From the NCBI RefSeq assembly GCF_032191835.1, contig NC_083223.1:226114001-226178000 (forward strand): DNA of 64,000 bases, written 5' to 3'. The position numbers and the translations under genes are program-made. The notes beneath the pieces were generated by a model. It ran no database searches. It had not been told where the DNA came from and saw nothing but the letters and a program-made list of their open reading frames with translations. Positions 52,101-61,513 of the stretch are shown here, piece by piece; position 1 is the stretch's first letter, and the number at the start of each line of letters is the position of its first letter. The stretch comes from Heteronotia binoei (Eukaryota).

Positions 52101-55100
52101 TGCTCCCCCTTCACACATGATACCTTGTACCACTAACGAGTTACATGACACCAGGGAGGGGAAAAGGCTACTTGGGCCCCATTTGGACATTATCACTTAG
52201 GGGTGTACTCACTTTTGTTGCCAGCAGTTTAGACATTAATGGCTGTGTGTTGTGTAATTTTGAGGGGACAGCACATTTGCACTGTTATACAAGCTGTAGA
52301 CTCACTACTTCACATTGTAGCCAAGTGTCATTTCTTCAGTGTTGTCACATGAAAAGATACACTTAAATATTTTCAAAATGTGAGGGGGTGTTCTCACTTC
52401 TGTGACATACTGTATTTCAGATAAGGGCCATGCATCCAGTACAATGGCTCCAAACTACCTCAAGAAAAAGTATGCCACAGAAATCTCTCATTTTAGCAGG
52501 GACATAACTGTGGGACATAACTGATGCTAGCTCTGGTCAACACTTCACAACAACTGATGTAATCTGTTGACCAGTCACAGCCTTTAACAGTCTGAGCTAG
52601 AGTTGCCATGTCTGACTCAAGAAATACCTTGGGACCTTGGGAGTGAAGCCAGGAGACTTTGGGGTGGAGCCTGGAGAAAGGCTGTGACAAGCATGACTGA
52701 ACTCCAAAGGGAGTTCTGACCATTACATTAAAAGTGGATTGAAAGTGAATTGGAAGTGCTGTAATTAGTGTGTGTATGAAAGCATCTCCCATGTCTTACT
52801 TTTTCCCTGTGTCCTTGGGCCTCTTTGCATGCCTTCTCCCAAACTGATAGGCTATTTTACACTTCCAATCCTGGCTGCACAGATGGCTAGGGGGCCAATC
52901 CCATCTCTGGGGTCTGTCTCTATGAATGCCTGCCAACATTCTGTTACCCAATCCTATAATGTTTTGCTCCGCTGCAAAGGTATTAATATTTATCAATCTC
53001 TCCCTTTTGACAGTGAAATCCAATTGACTCTGCAGTCCCAAATTAAGAGTATGCATTTCCTTTCCTGAATGCATCAAACAGGTCTTTGTAGCTGTTTTCA
53101 CAATGTTAAGTGTGTTTTCTTTGAAGTTGCTCCTTATCCATAACAGTTTTTTCCAAATGGTTAAACTATACGGACTTTAGTTGGCAGAGTGATGTTTCTA
53201 CTTTTTGTGATATTGCCTATGTTCACCATAGCTGTCCTCCCAAGGAGCAAACATCTTTTAATTTCATGGCTACAGTCACCATCTGCAGTGATCTTGGATC
53301 CCAGAAATGTGAAGTCTGTCACTACTTCTATGTCTTCCCCTTCTATCTGTCAAGGCGTGACGGGGTCAGATGCCATGATCTTAGTTTTTTTGACGCTGAG
53401 TTTCAAGCCTACTTTTGTGCTCTCCTCTGACTCAGCTTTCCATCCTTCCAAGGTCGGTCAAATGAGTACCCAGTTTGCTGGTGGGAAAGCGTAGATAACT
53501 GGGGAAGGCAATGGCAAACCACCCCGTCAAAAGTCTGCTGTAAAAACGCTGTGAAAGCAATGTCACCCCAGAGTCAGAAACGACTGGTGCTTGCACAGGG
53601 GACCTTTCCTTTCCTTTCCTTTTCAACCTCAACAAGAGGTTCTTTAGGTCCTCCTCACTTTCTGCCATTAGAGTGGTGTCATCTGCATATCTGAGGTTGT
53701 TGATGTTTTTCCCGGCAATCTTAATTCTAGCTTGTGCTTCATCCGGGCCAGCATTCCGCATGATGTACTCTGCATATAAATTAAATATGCAGGGTGACAA
53801 TATACATCCTTGTTGAACCCCCTTTCCTATTCTAAACCAATCATTTGTTCCATATCCCGTTCTGAGCGTTGCTTCTTGACCCTTATATAGGTTTCTCAGG
53901 AAACATGTGAGATGGGCTAGTACTCCCATCTCTTTAAGGCCACAGTTTGTTGTGATCCACACAATCAAAGGCTTTAGCATAGTCAATGAAGAAGAAGTAG
54001 ATGTTTTTCTGATACTCCTGTACTTTCTCCATAATCCATCGAATGTTGGCAATTTGATCTCTAGTTCCTCGACCTCTCTGAAACCCAGCTTGAACTTCTG
54101 GTAGTTCCCGATCTACATACTGCTGAAGCCTAGCTTGTAGGATCTTTAACATGACCTTGCTGGCATGTAAAATGAGTGCAATGGTGCAATAGTTTGAACA
54201 TTCCTCGGCATTAGATTGAAACATAAACAGATCTTTTCCAATCCTGTGACCACTGTTGCATTTTCCAAATTTGCTGACATAATGTGTGCATCACTTTAAC
54301 AGCATCATCTTTTAAGACTTTGAATAGCTCAATTGGGATACTGTCATCTCCATTCGTTTTGCTGTTAGTAATGCTTTCTAAGGTCCATTTGACTTCACAC
54401 TCCAGAATGTCTGGCTCAAGGTCAGCTATTTCACTGTCATGGTTGTCAAGGACATTGAGATCCTTCTTGTATAATTCTTCTGTATATTCTTGCCACCTCT
54501 TCCTAATCTCTTCTGCTTCTGTTAGGTCCCTACCGTTTTTGTCCTTTATCATGGCCATCTTTGCACAAAATGTTCCCTTGATTTTTCCTTATCTCTCCTT
54601 GCTGTTCTCTGAAAATCTGCATTCAGTTGGGTGAATCTTTCCATTTCACCTTTGCCTTTTGCTTTTCTTCTTCCCTCAGCTATTTGTAAAGCCTCATCAG
54701 ACAGTCACTTTGCTTTCTTACATTTCTTTTTCTTTGGGATGGTGCTGATTGTTGCCTTCTGTACAATGACATGAACTTTCATCCATAGTTTTTCAGGCGC
54801 TCTATCAACTCTAGTCCCTTAAACCTATTCTTCACCTCCACTGTATATTCATAAGGGATGTGATCAAGGTCAAACCTGAATGGCCTAATGGCTTCCCCAG
54901 TTTTCTTCAGTTTAAGCCTGTATTTTGCAATGAGTAGCTCATGATCTGAGCTGCAGTCAGCTCCAGGTCTTTTTTTTGCTGACTGTAAGGAGCTTCTCCA
55001 TCTTTGACTGCAGAGTATATAATCAATCTGATCTCTGTGTTGCCCAACAGGTGATGTCCATGTGTAGAGTCGCCTTTTAGGCTGTTGGAAGAGGGTGTTT

Positions 55101-58100
55101 GTTATGACCATCTTGTTCTCTTGACAAAACTCTATTAGCCTTTGCCCGGCTTCATTTTGTTCTCCAAGGCCAAACTTGTCAGTTGTTCCAGTTACCTTTT
55201 GACTTCCTACTTTGGCATTCCAGTCCCCTATGATGAGGAGGACATCTTTTTTTGGTGTTAATTCTAGGTGTTGTAGATCTTCATAGAACTGGTCCACTTC
55301 AGCCTCTTCTGCATCAGTGGTTGGGGCACAAACTTTGATTACTGTGATATTGAATGGTTTGCCTTGGATATGGACCGTGAACAGATGTCAGTGCAAAACC
55401 CTAACAGGTACCCCATCTCCAGGGGCTCAACTTGAAAGGGATGGAGGGGAAACCAAACACTGAGAGGACAGGAAAGGAAGGGCCAGGAATCTGGCTAACC
55501 CAGTGGCCTCATCTGCTTTCCCCATTTCTGTTGCATGAGGCACTGCCTCCCATGTCAGCTCCCACAACTGAGACCAGAGATGCATATCTATGAGGGTGGC
55601 TCAAGTCAGCCCCTCCCACCACCACTGCCCATGTTATCAGGGCCACATTATTATTTTTGTGGGCCCCCATCAGGGGAGGGTGGGATAGAGATATAATAAA
55701 GTAACAAAATAAATCAAAGATTTCAGGTTTTCACGGCTGGTAACATCATTAGGGTTTGTAGAATCTTTCGGGCTCAAGTTGAGAACGAAACGTCTGGAAG
55801 GAAAACTTTCTCCAGTAGAACACGGCACTTGAGCCCGAAAGATTCTACAAACCCTAACAAAATAAATATTAACAATTATTTTGATATAACTTTAAATACT
55901 TCTACTTTTCTGTTTTAGGCAAAATGTAATAGATTTTCTGGTTCATTTTGTTCTGTGTTTTTAATCAAGGTTATAGACTAGTTTGGTTGCCCAGAGCTAC
56001 TCTGAAAAAGTTAACTTTCTCTTTAGGTGCTTTCCATCACCTTTTTTTTCATAAAGGTATGTGAACTTGGGTCAGCAAAATAAAATGCTATGGTCCCCAA
56101 CACAAATGCACCTGCTTAGAATTACAATCAAATTAAAGCTGGTGAGCCTGCTTTCACATAAACTGGGCTGTAATCATGGTCTGGACTGTACTACTCAGCA
56201 CTTATGTCTTAAAATGACAACCACTTCTAGCTCACAGTGCTGACCATCTAGTATATCACCATGTCCTAGGCAGGGAATGGTAGATTACTAAAACCTACAG
56301 CTCTTGTTGGTCTCTAAGGTGCTACTGGACTTTAATCTGTTCTACTCTGGATCAGCACATATACCCACTTGTGCAGGAAGGAGACCATTAAAAGTTCATG
56401 TGCTTTTTAAGATAGTCATTCTCACCACTTTTACAGTGTTTACATTGCAAGGCAGCAGTTATAAAGCTACAAGACTTAAACATGTTCAGGTATCTAGACT
56501 GCCAGCAACAGCACTATTCTATATTATCTGGGAAAGGGCTAGAAGAACTGAATTGTTCAATTTTGAGAGAACAGAAAATGAGAAACATGTGTGCCCTGCT
56601 AGAGATGTAAAATTCAAATTACCTCATCAACATTGTTGGCATATGCAGACAGACCCGGTTTCAGTGCTTTGAAGGTTTCATCAGTTACTTTTGGAGCTTC
56701 TGTTGGAAAACAAATTCTAGTTTCAAAAGAGTTAATCCATATACAATGTAGAAGTTTGCAGATTAAAATACAGAGGCCAATATTACCTCAAAAGGATTAA
56801 TATGAAACCCCACTGTATCTTATATTAATTGCAATGCAGACAGTGCTTTCAGAAATTATTTTTGTAGTGAATCCCAAGCTTGCAATAGCAAAGTATTTGC
56901 ACCACAGACTACTGTGCACAAATGTATGTAGTATGTTCCACCCATTATCACACCTGAATATTTATACCTCTTGGCTCACTTCAAGTTGGAGTTGCAACGA
57001 ACAGCAAATAAAGAACACTATGTAACAGGGGTGGCCAACGGTAGCTCTCCAGATGTTTTTTCCCTACAACTCGCATCAGCCCCAGCCAGCATGGCCAATG
57101 GCTGGGGCTGATGGGAGTTGTAGGCAAAAAACATCTGGAGAGCTACCGTTGGCCACCCCTGCTATATAAGACATATCGTTCCAGTTCAGTGCTTTCTCCC
57201 ATCCCAAAGCTTTAGCCTCATGTGGATGGAAGCAGATTGATAACAAATATTGCTCTCTACTTTTTGTTCGGTATTCTGTGGTGCCCTTTGCATCTCTTGG
57301 CTTTTATCAAGAAGTATAATGATCCGGGAAAGAATGTAAAAACATACGGAACCCAAGACAAAACCCTAGCAAACTGTAATTAAAAAAACACCTTGTACAT
57401 CTTAATACATGGACCTACACAATGCACCCCATAGAGAGTTTTGCCAGATATATTTTAATATGTAATTATTTTACTGATTATTCTTCTCATGAGAAAACAT
57501 TAACTAGCTGGTTAAATTTGCTATTTCTATTTTAGTCCCAAAACAGCAATCTGTGCAACAGGCCATCTTATATATTTTGGTGCACATATTTTTCTAATAA
57601 TTCTAAATACTTTGAACCACAATATTTTTAAACATCAGGAAAGGTGGAGGAAAGAATTGCAAGGAAGCCCTCAAACTGACTTCTTTGCAGCTAAGGAGTA
57701 CAGAAGCAAAGACTCAAACAAATACTCTTTACCTCAAATTTCAGTGGCAAGTCTCCACTGAAACAAGAAAATGCCTGCTTTAAGGAAATCCATCACAGGA
57801 ACATAATTTAAATAATTCAGACCATGTGTCTTGTTATTGAAGAACTGATTTAGAAAAGAAAATCAACACTGTAAAATACCACTCAAGTAACCTTAGCCTT
57901 AACTGTACATCAAGCAGAATCGTTTGAGAAGTTGGCTAACAAATGGATTATACACACAGAGAGACATTAATGCAAGTAGAAAGGCTTGAATGCTTGTTTC
58001 CATACTACAACACATTGTTAATTGCCTTTCAACCCTTCCTTCTATTCACATTTGAAAATATTTACTAAGCTATATGATGTCATTTGTTTTTCGTCAACAA

Positions 58101-58432
58101 ATGAGCATCAAAATTAGCATGAGAATCTATAGCCTGGCACTTATTAGTAGTACAAGAAAGTTTTAACCCAAATAGTTTGATCTACCTTGTGGATTTTGGG
58201 TAAATTTGTATATGTGTATTCGAGTTCCAGTACTTCCAGCATCGAACATAATTCCATAAAGAACCTCCTCATCTGTTCTTGATGGCTCACTATTGAGATG
58301 ATTTTTCAAATCAACCACAGCACGTTCTGTTGTTTCCAGTACGGGTTTGAGGTCACTCCATTTCACATAAGCAACAATAATAATTGCACATCCAAAAATT
58401 CCACAAGCGTAATATAATTTTGGTATCTTCAT
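26953..58432 (-). CDS. ENTPD6: ectonucleoside triphosphate diphosphohydrolase 6 (CD39L2): 13 coding exons, 1311 nt, 436 aa
   Basis: join complement(58186-58432, 56623-56699, 50190-50333, 43897-43972, 42949-42984, 40981-41069, 37004-37083, 33250-33314, 31707-31808, 29779-29919, 28672-28725, 28381-28490, 26953-27042). All introns are GT-AG with consistent phases. ACR1 [11 protein letters not shown]2 ATAGLR, ACR3 DEG, ACR4 [11 protein letters not shown]5 ETGWALG; N-terminal signal-anchor. Confidence 0.95.
27361..27936 (-). mobile_element. probable solo LTR (Gypsy/ERV-like), 576 bp, in the last ENTPD6 intron
   Basis: Termini TGTCA...TGACA. On the minus strand: CAAT-like/GC motif, purine-rich TATA-like region, CTG|GTAAGT donor (27684/27683) and AGTAAA (27542-27537). 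No matching TSD found. Confidence 0.5.
28381..28490 (-). CDS. ENTPD6: ENTPD6 coding exon 12 (110 nt)
   Basis: [37 protein letters not shown]; ctgaag| acceptor and |gtaatt donor. Confidence 0.92.
28672..28725 (-). CDS. ENTPD6: ENTPD6 coding exon 11 (54 nt)
   Basis: [18 protein letters not shown]; ttctag| and |gtaggt. Confidence 0.9.
29779..29919 (-). CDS. ENTPD6: ENTPD6 coding exon 10 (141 nt)
   Basis: [47 protein letters not shown]; cttttag| and |gtaaac. Confidence 0.93.
30128..30723. mobile_element. non-autonomous hAT (CAGGGGTGTCAAAC TIR)
   Basis: TSD gcatataa / gcaaataa. Homologous along its length to the copy at 44052-44657. Confidence 0.85.
31130..31180. repeat. (TA)n microsatellite
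   Basis: About 25 uninterrupted TA units. Confidence 0.98.
31442..32146. repeat. ~100-bp direct duplication (31442-31540 and 32043-32146) bracketing ENTPD6 exon 9
   Basis: ctttcaagcatctcctta..ca.aagatccagaactttgcttctaaatgttataacacg(c)n..tatgtagattgttcatac occurs twice, 601 bp apart. Confidence 0.9.
31707..31808 (-). CDS. ENTPD6: ENTPD6 coding exon 9 (102 nt, phase 1-1)
   Basis: [34 protein letters not shown]; gttacag| and |gtatag. Confidence 0.93.
33250..33314 (-). CDS. ENTPD6: ENTPD6 coding exon 8 (65 nt)
   Basis: [21 protein letters not shown]; ctccag| and |gtaagt. Confidence 0.93.
33505..34952. mobile_element. 1448-bp non-autonomous hAT (CAGGGCTTTTTT TIR family) containing a 59-bp minisatellite, a CT-rich tract and 36-bp repeats
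   Basis: Termini caggacctttttt / aaaaaaagccctg. Perfect TSD tatacaat (33497-33504 and 34953-34960). Ends are shared with the 197-bp MITE at 24506. Confidence 0.88.
37004..37083 (-). CDS. ENTPD6: ENTPD6 coding exon 7 (80 nt)
   Basis: [27 protein letters not shown]; ctttacag| and |gttagt. Confidence 0.93.
37130..37955 (+). mobile_element. Penelope-like element 3' fragment (GIY-YIG C-terminus plus pLTR)
   Basis: ORF 37117..37344 [42 protein letters not shown]. Partial tandem duplication at 37308/37449. pLTR tail ...ttggtcttaaaggtgc...cagaccaacacggct. Confidence 0.85.
37828..37863 (+). ncRNA. minimal type-I hammerhead ribozyme motif in the Penelope pLTR
   Basis: cgt-CTGAAGA-a-gtgtgc at gcacac-GAAA-gc-TT-acg: stem I cgt/acg, CUGANGA core, 6-bp stem II, GAAA, and a minimal palindromic stem III. 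Confidence 0.7.
38659..40817 (+). mobile_element. BovB (RTE) LINE, 5'-truncated, degenerate
   Basis: ORF pieces [73 protein letters not shown]; BovB 3' end. Confidence 0.95.
40981..41069 (-). CDS. ENTPD6: ENTPD6 coding exon 6 (89 nt, ACR4)
   Basis: [30 protein letters not shown]; gtttcag| and |gtaata. Confidence 0.95.
42949..42984 (-). CDS. ENTPD6: ENTPD6 coding exon 5 (36 nt)
   Basis: [12 protein letters not shown]; ttgccag| and |gtatgt. Confidence 0.93.
43897..43972 (-). CDS. ENTPD6: ENTPD6 coding exon 4 (76 nt, ACR3)
   Basis: [25 protein letters not shown]; attttag| and |gtaggt. Confidence 0.94.
44052..44657. mobile_element. non-autonomous hAT (same family as 30128), nested in a CR1 remnant
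   Basis: caggggtgt... / ...gtttgacactcctg; TSD ctctatct / gtctatct. Confidence 0.85.
44870..45560 (-). mobile_element. degenerate CR1 RT fragments
   Basis: ORF pieces [45 protein letters not shown]. Confidence 0.8.
46245..46635. repeat. perfect inverted duplication (arms of 92 + 70 bp, 28-nt loop)
   Basis: 46245-46336 is the reverse complement of 46544-46635, and 46375-46444 is the reverse complement of 46473-46542. No mismatches seen. Confidence 0.95.
46640..47830 (-). mobile_element. fragmented L2 LINE (RT region); further pieces at ~46000-46450 and 48850-49150
   Basis: ORF 47527..47823 [30 protein letters not shown], and 46872..47075 [10 protein letters not shown], are L2 RT motifs. Confidence 0.75.
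49584..49786. mobile_element. Penelope pLTR remnants in inverted (palindromic) arrangement
   Basis: The left half reverse-complements to gaaagctcataccctcccacaaattttattagactttaaagtgctactgg; the right half is the same motif on the plus strand. Confidence 0.65.
50190..50333 (-). CDS. ENTPD6: ENTPD6 coding exon 3 (144 nt, ACR2)
   Basis: [48 protein letters not shown]; cttcag| and |gtactt. Confidence 0.95.
50741..51003 (-). mobile_element. Sauria SINE inserted in the left TIR of the Tc1
   Basis: gtaaaggtagtcccctgtgcaag...cagctttaccact interrupts a TIR that is intact at the right end. Confidence 0.88.
51124..52056 (-). pseudogene. Tc1 transposase pseudogene
   Basis: [10 protein letters not shown] start, GRPKK (GRPR/NLS), WPDETK (D1), FQHDNDPKH (D2), and SPDL-NPIE disrupted by a 1-bp deletion (34 residues between D and E). 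In-frame deletion after GGGNVM; C-terminus NGGHTKY*. Confidence 0.9.
53164..55378 (-). mobile_element. BovB (RTE) LINE, truncated at both ends, with nested SINE
   Basis: EN motifs ([28 protein letters not shown]) and RT motifs (QGCILSP, LRYADD). Near-identical to the 38659 copy in opposite orientation. Confidence 0.95.
53428..53621 (+). mobile_element. 5'-truncated Sauria SINE nested in BovB
   Basis: tgactcagctttccatcctt...gcacaggggacctttcctttcc interrupts the BovB sequence gtgctctcctct|ttcaacctcaac. Confidence 0.85.
55749..55857. mobile_element. Penelope-type pLTR end with a perfect 31-bp inverted repeat
   Basis: ttagggtttgtagaatctttcgggctcaagt (55749-55779) is the reverse complement of 55827-55857. 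The spacer holds GAAACGTC (3' half of a hammerhead). A single arm of the same family is at ~33050-33110. Confidence 0.7.
56623..56699 (-). CDS. ENTPD6: ENTPD6 coding exon 2 (77 nt)
   Basis: [26 protein letters not shown]; ccaacag| and |gtaatt. Confidence 0.95.
57026..57161. mobile_element. 136-bp palindromic hAT MITE
   Basis: caggggtggccaacggtagctctccagatgtttt...aaaacatctggagagctaccgttggccacccctg; TSD ctatgtaa / ctatataa. Confidence 0.9.
58186..58432 (-). CDS. ENTPD6: ENTPD6 coding exon 1 (247 coding nt; the exon probably starts at 58493)
   Basis: [25 protein letters not shown] (signal-anchor)...[19 protein letters not shown] (ACR1). Donor G|gtagat; upstream acceptor tttttaaatgtag at 58494; in-frame TGA upstream at 58465-58463. 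Confidence 0.93.
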
Positions 58433-59600
58433 GGCTTGCTTTGATTGCTTTGTTTTCTCCTTTCACTTTAGCCTGGAGTTGCCTGTGACACATCTACATT
58501 TAAAAAGAAATAATATCATCAGTTGCACATTAAAGAAGCACCAATTAAAAAAGGAATGAAACAAAATAATGTGCATCTGAAGCAAAATGGAGGGACTTTC
58601 ATACTCCATATTTTTTTTATGTTTTCCAAGAAAATATTTGTCAAGTTGCATTGACTGGAAGTTTTCGCTCATTAGCAGAAAATTACAGGTGCAAACTGAG
58701 TGAGAACCATAAATAAGTAATTATAGAAGAAACATGTTTAAAGAGAGATGCCTAATATAAAAATATGAAGTAAGCATTCATTTAGATTTAAGTTTAAGAT
58801 ATTAGATGGTTACTAAGAATTTTAGTGGAAAGCAGGCAATAAATCCATAGACACCACTCCGTTAGATGATGAGAAGGGTTGTGTGTCATTGTGTTTTGTA
58901 AATTTTAAATCTGAATTTATAAGCTGTCACAAGCAGGGGTATAATTATTATAACAAACAAACAAATTTGTATATGAAGTTCATTTGCAATAATACAGTAC
59001 CAATCATACCAGTTCAGTATTCCAAGAGGTGACTGCCCAGATCTACTTGATCAATCCTCTGGTATATTCTTCACTTGCAATGTGGTGAGATTCTAACAAA
59101 TGCAATTATATTCTAATATTTATACCATTTTGTTGTGTAGGATCCCTTTTAACTGATTAGTATGTTCACTCTTTGATCTTGTTTAATCCTCACCAGCAAT
59201 AGCCCTAGGCAAGAACAAACACCAAAAAGAGATTTCATTGTGTTCCTGATATGGGGAGGCTGATGTTGACCTTTCCTTTATCTTAGTTCTCTTTGGCTTG
59301 CATAGTTTGTGCCTGGAACAAGACATACAGACTACACTTGTGTTCATGTTATGGCTTAGAACCAAACGGTTGTAGGCATGCTGATAACCCCTAAACCTAA
59401 AAATAAAAGTAAATTCCGGTGGATTAATCTGAAGCACAGAACAAAGTTTAAGTCCAGTGGTACCTTGAATAAAACTGTTTGGTCTTAAAGATGCCACTGA
59501 ACTCAAAATAAAAGCAAAATAAGCATATTTAATCTCAATTAAAAACAGTAAGACTTTTTTTAAAAAAAATCTCTCACCAGCTACTGTTATTAAGCAACAT

Positions 59601-59759
59601 CAGGCCATGGATTCAGCGGGAGCTCACAGGAGCACAGCTCCTGAACCTTTCTGACAGTTCCACCTCCTCCTTCCCACCTTGTCCACTGAATAGTAAGTGC
59701 AGCTGCATAACAATCCCTAGATGAGCTCCACCACCTATTTTTCTACAAAACGACCCCTG
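59601..59759. mobile_element. hAT MITE
   Basis: cagg.../...cccctg termini with perfect TSD agcaacat (59593-59600 and 59760-59767). Confidence 0.8.
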
Positions 59760-61513
59760 AGCAACATGAATACAGGTGGAAGACTGAGGCCATGTTTTGC
59801 AACAGAATATTCATTTAGTTTGTTGGAACAAAAACAGCAGCACAGAACTTCCCTGCCTCTCAGTTCTCACTAAGTTCCACAAAATGCTGCTCCTGGGGAA
59901 TAGGGGACCCTGGGGAACAACATCATTGGCAGCGTGGGGATTGGTGGAAGTTGCCGATTTAGTTTGGTTTTAACCCACTGAAAGAAAGAATAATTCAGAA
60001 CAGCCACACCTAGGTTTGATATTAAGAGAATTCCTTTATGGCAAACAAGTTACAGAAATCCATCAACTACCTGAAAGTGGAATAATCTATAAACCTGATT
60101 TGAGGAGCGGGGGAAATCAATTCAAAATCTGCAGCATACCAACTGGCCACATTTAGATTTCTAGTTTGCATCCCTGTCCCATACTCGGCTGCCAAAACAT
60201 ACTGTTCAGCAAACAGAATCGATCTTCATTATATTTCTTGACATTACCTCTCTCTTCCCTAATTTAACCCTGAGTATATGCCCTATACACAAATGAACCT
60301 ATTAGGTATACAAATAACGGAAGGAATAGCAAAGTTACCTTAAGGTTCTGGGAAAGAAACAGGAAGCAATGGTCAAAGACTGTTTATCAAAGAGCCAATA
60401 AAGATGTTTAGAGAGTTATATCACTTAAGGAACTAAATTCCTGTTTTGCTCTAAGTCAAACTTGTGGAGCAACTTGATTGACATCAACAGTATCAGCATG
60501 CCAACATACAAGTCCCAAATGAATCCAGATACATGGTAGGACTTAAACATTCTACAAGTGACTAAATCAATGTTTACACTTTCCCGTATTTTAAATTCAA
60601 ACACAAAATCCTACATTAACTTGAATTAAGCTTCAGAATAGTTTCCTTCTGCTCTTTGTGTTACATAAAGCTAGTGACTCATTCCCATTTTTAGCTCTAA
60701 TTGAGAAAATGTATCCCTGTGGAAACAAGGTAACAACAAAACAGGTAATTCACATATTTTCAATTCACACCTTAAGAAATTTATCATGCAACAGCTGCAC
60801 CGTGGGCCACCACATGGCTTCCTAGTGCAAACAATGGCCCTATTGGCACCTACTCTCATTCCCGTCACAAAATACATCATGCATCAAGAAATTGTTGTGT
60901 TGCATTCCCAGTCCCCTCTGTTTAATCAGCTGGTGCTCAATGCTTCAGGGAAACTCATTATGTAATTATGCCATATTGTATACTTATTTAAGACACTTAT
61001 ATCCCCTCTTTCTATCATTACAGTAAAAAAGCTGCTTACAAAAAAAAAAAGAAATTTACAATAGAACCATAAACAAATAATACTTTTTTAAATGTATTGC
61101 TGTATGAAACACACACACAATCCAATCAGCAGCCAATACAAAACCAAAGAGCATCAATAACAAAAACCCTCACCACATTCCAAAGGCCCTCCAGAACTTA
61201 ACTTCAGGAGCCAAAGAATGCCAGTCTGAGGAGGGCAGCTGCGGAAGCCCTAACCTCATCTCTAATAAGGCAAGCTCACAAAACAAGGTGCTAGCAACTA
61301 GTCTCAAATATAGTCATATGGGTAGAAAGAGTACTTTCAGGAACTGTGATCACAAATCATGTTGGCTTTAAACATGAAAGCCAGCACTTTAAATTGGGAG
61401 TCACTGCAGTTGCAGTTGACATAATACTGACTTTAACAGGATGTAGGTATGGGGGACTCAATTAAGACTTAAGCATCTTTACACCAATTCAATGAAGAAT
61501 CTCAGCACCAAAG

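Larger units (their letters stand above)
50622..52412 (-). mobile_element. Tc1 (DD34E) transposon with long IR/DR termini and TA TSD
   Basis: ta|cagtatgtcacagaagtgagtacacccct ... aggggg tgttctcacttctgtgacatactg|ta. TIRs are ~230-240 bp, with the inner direct repeat aaagtgagtgcacccct. Confidence 0.93.
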
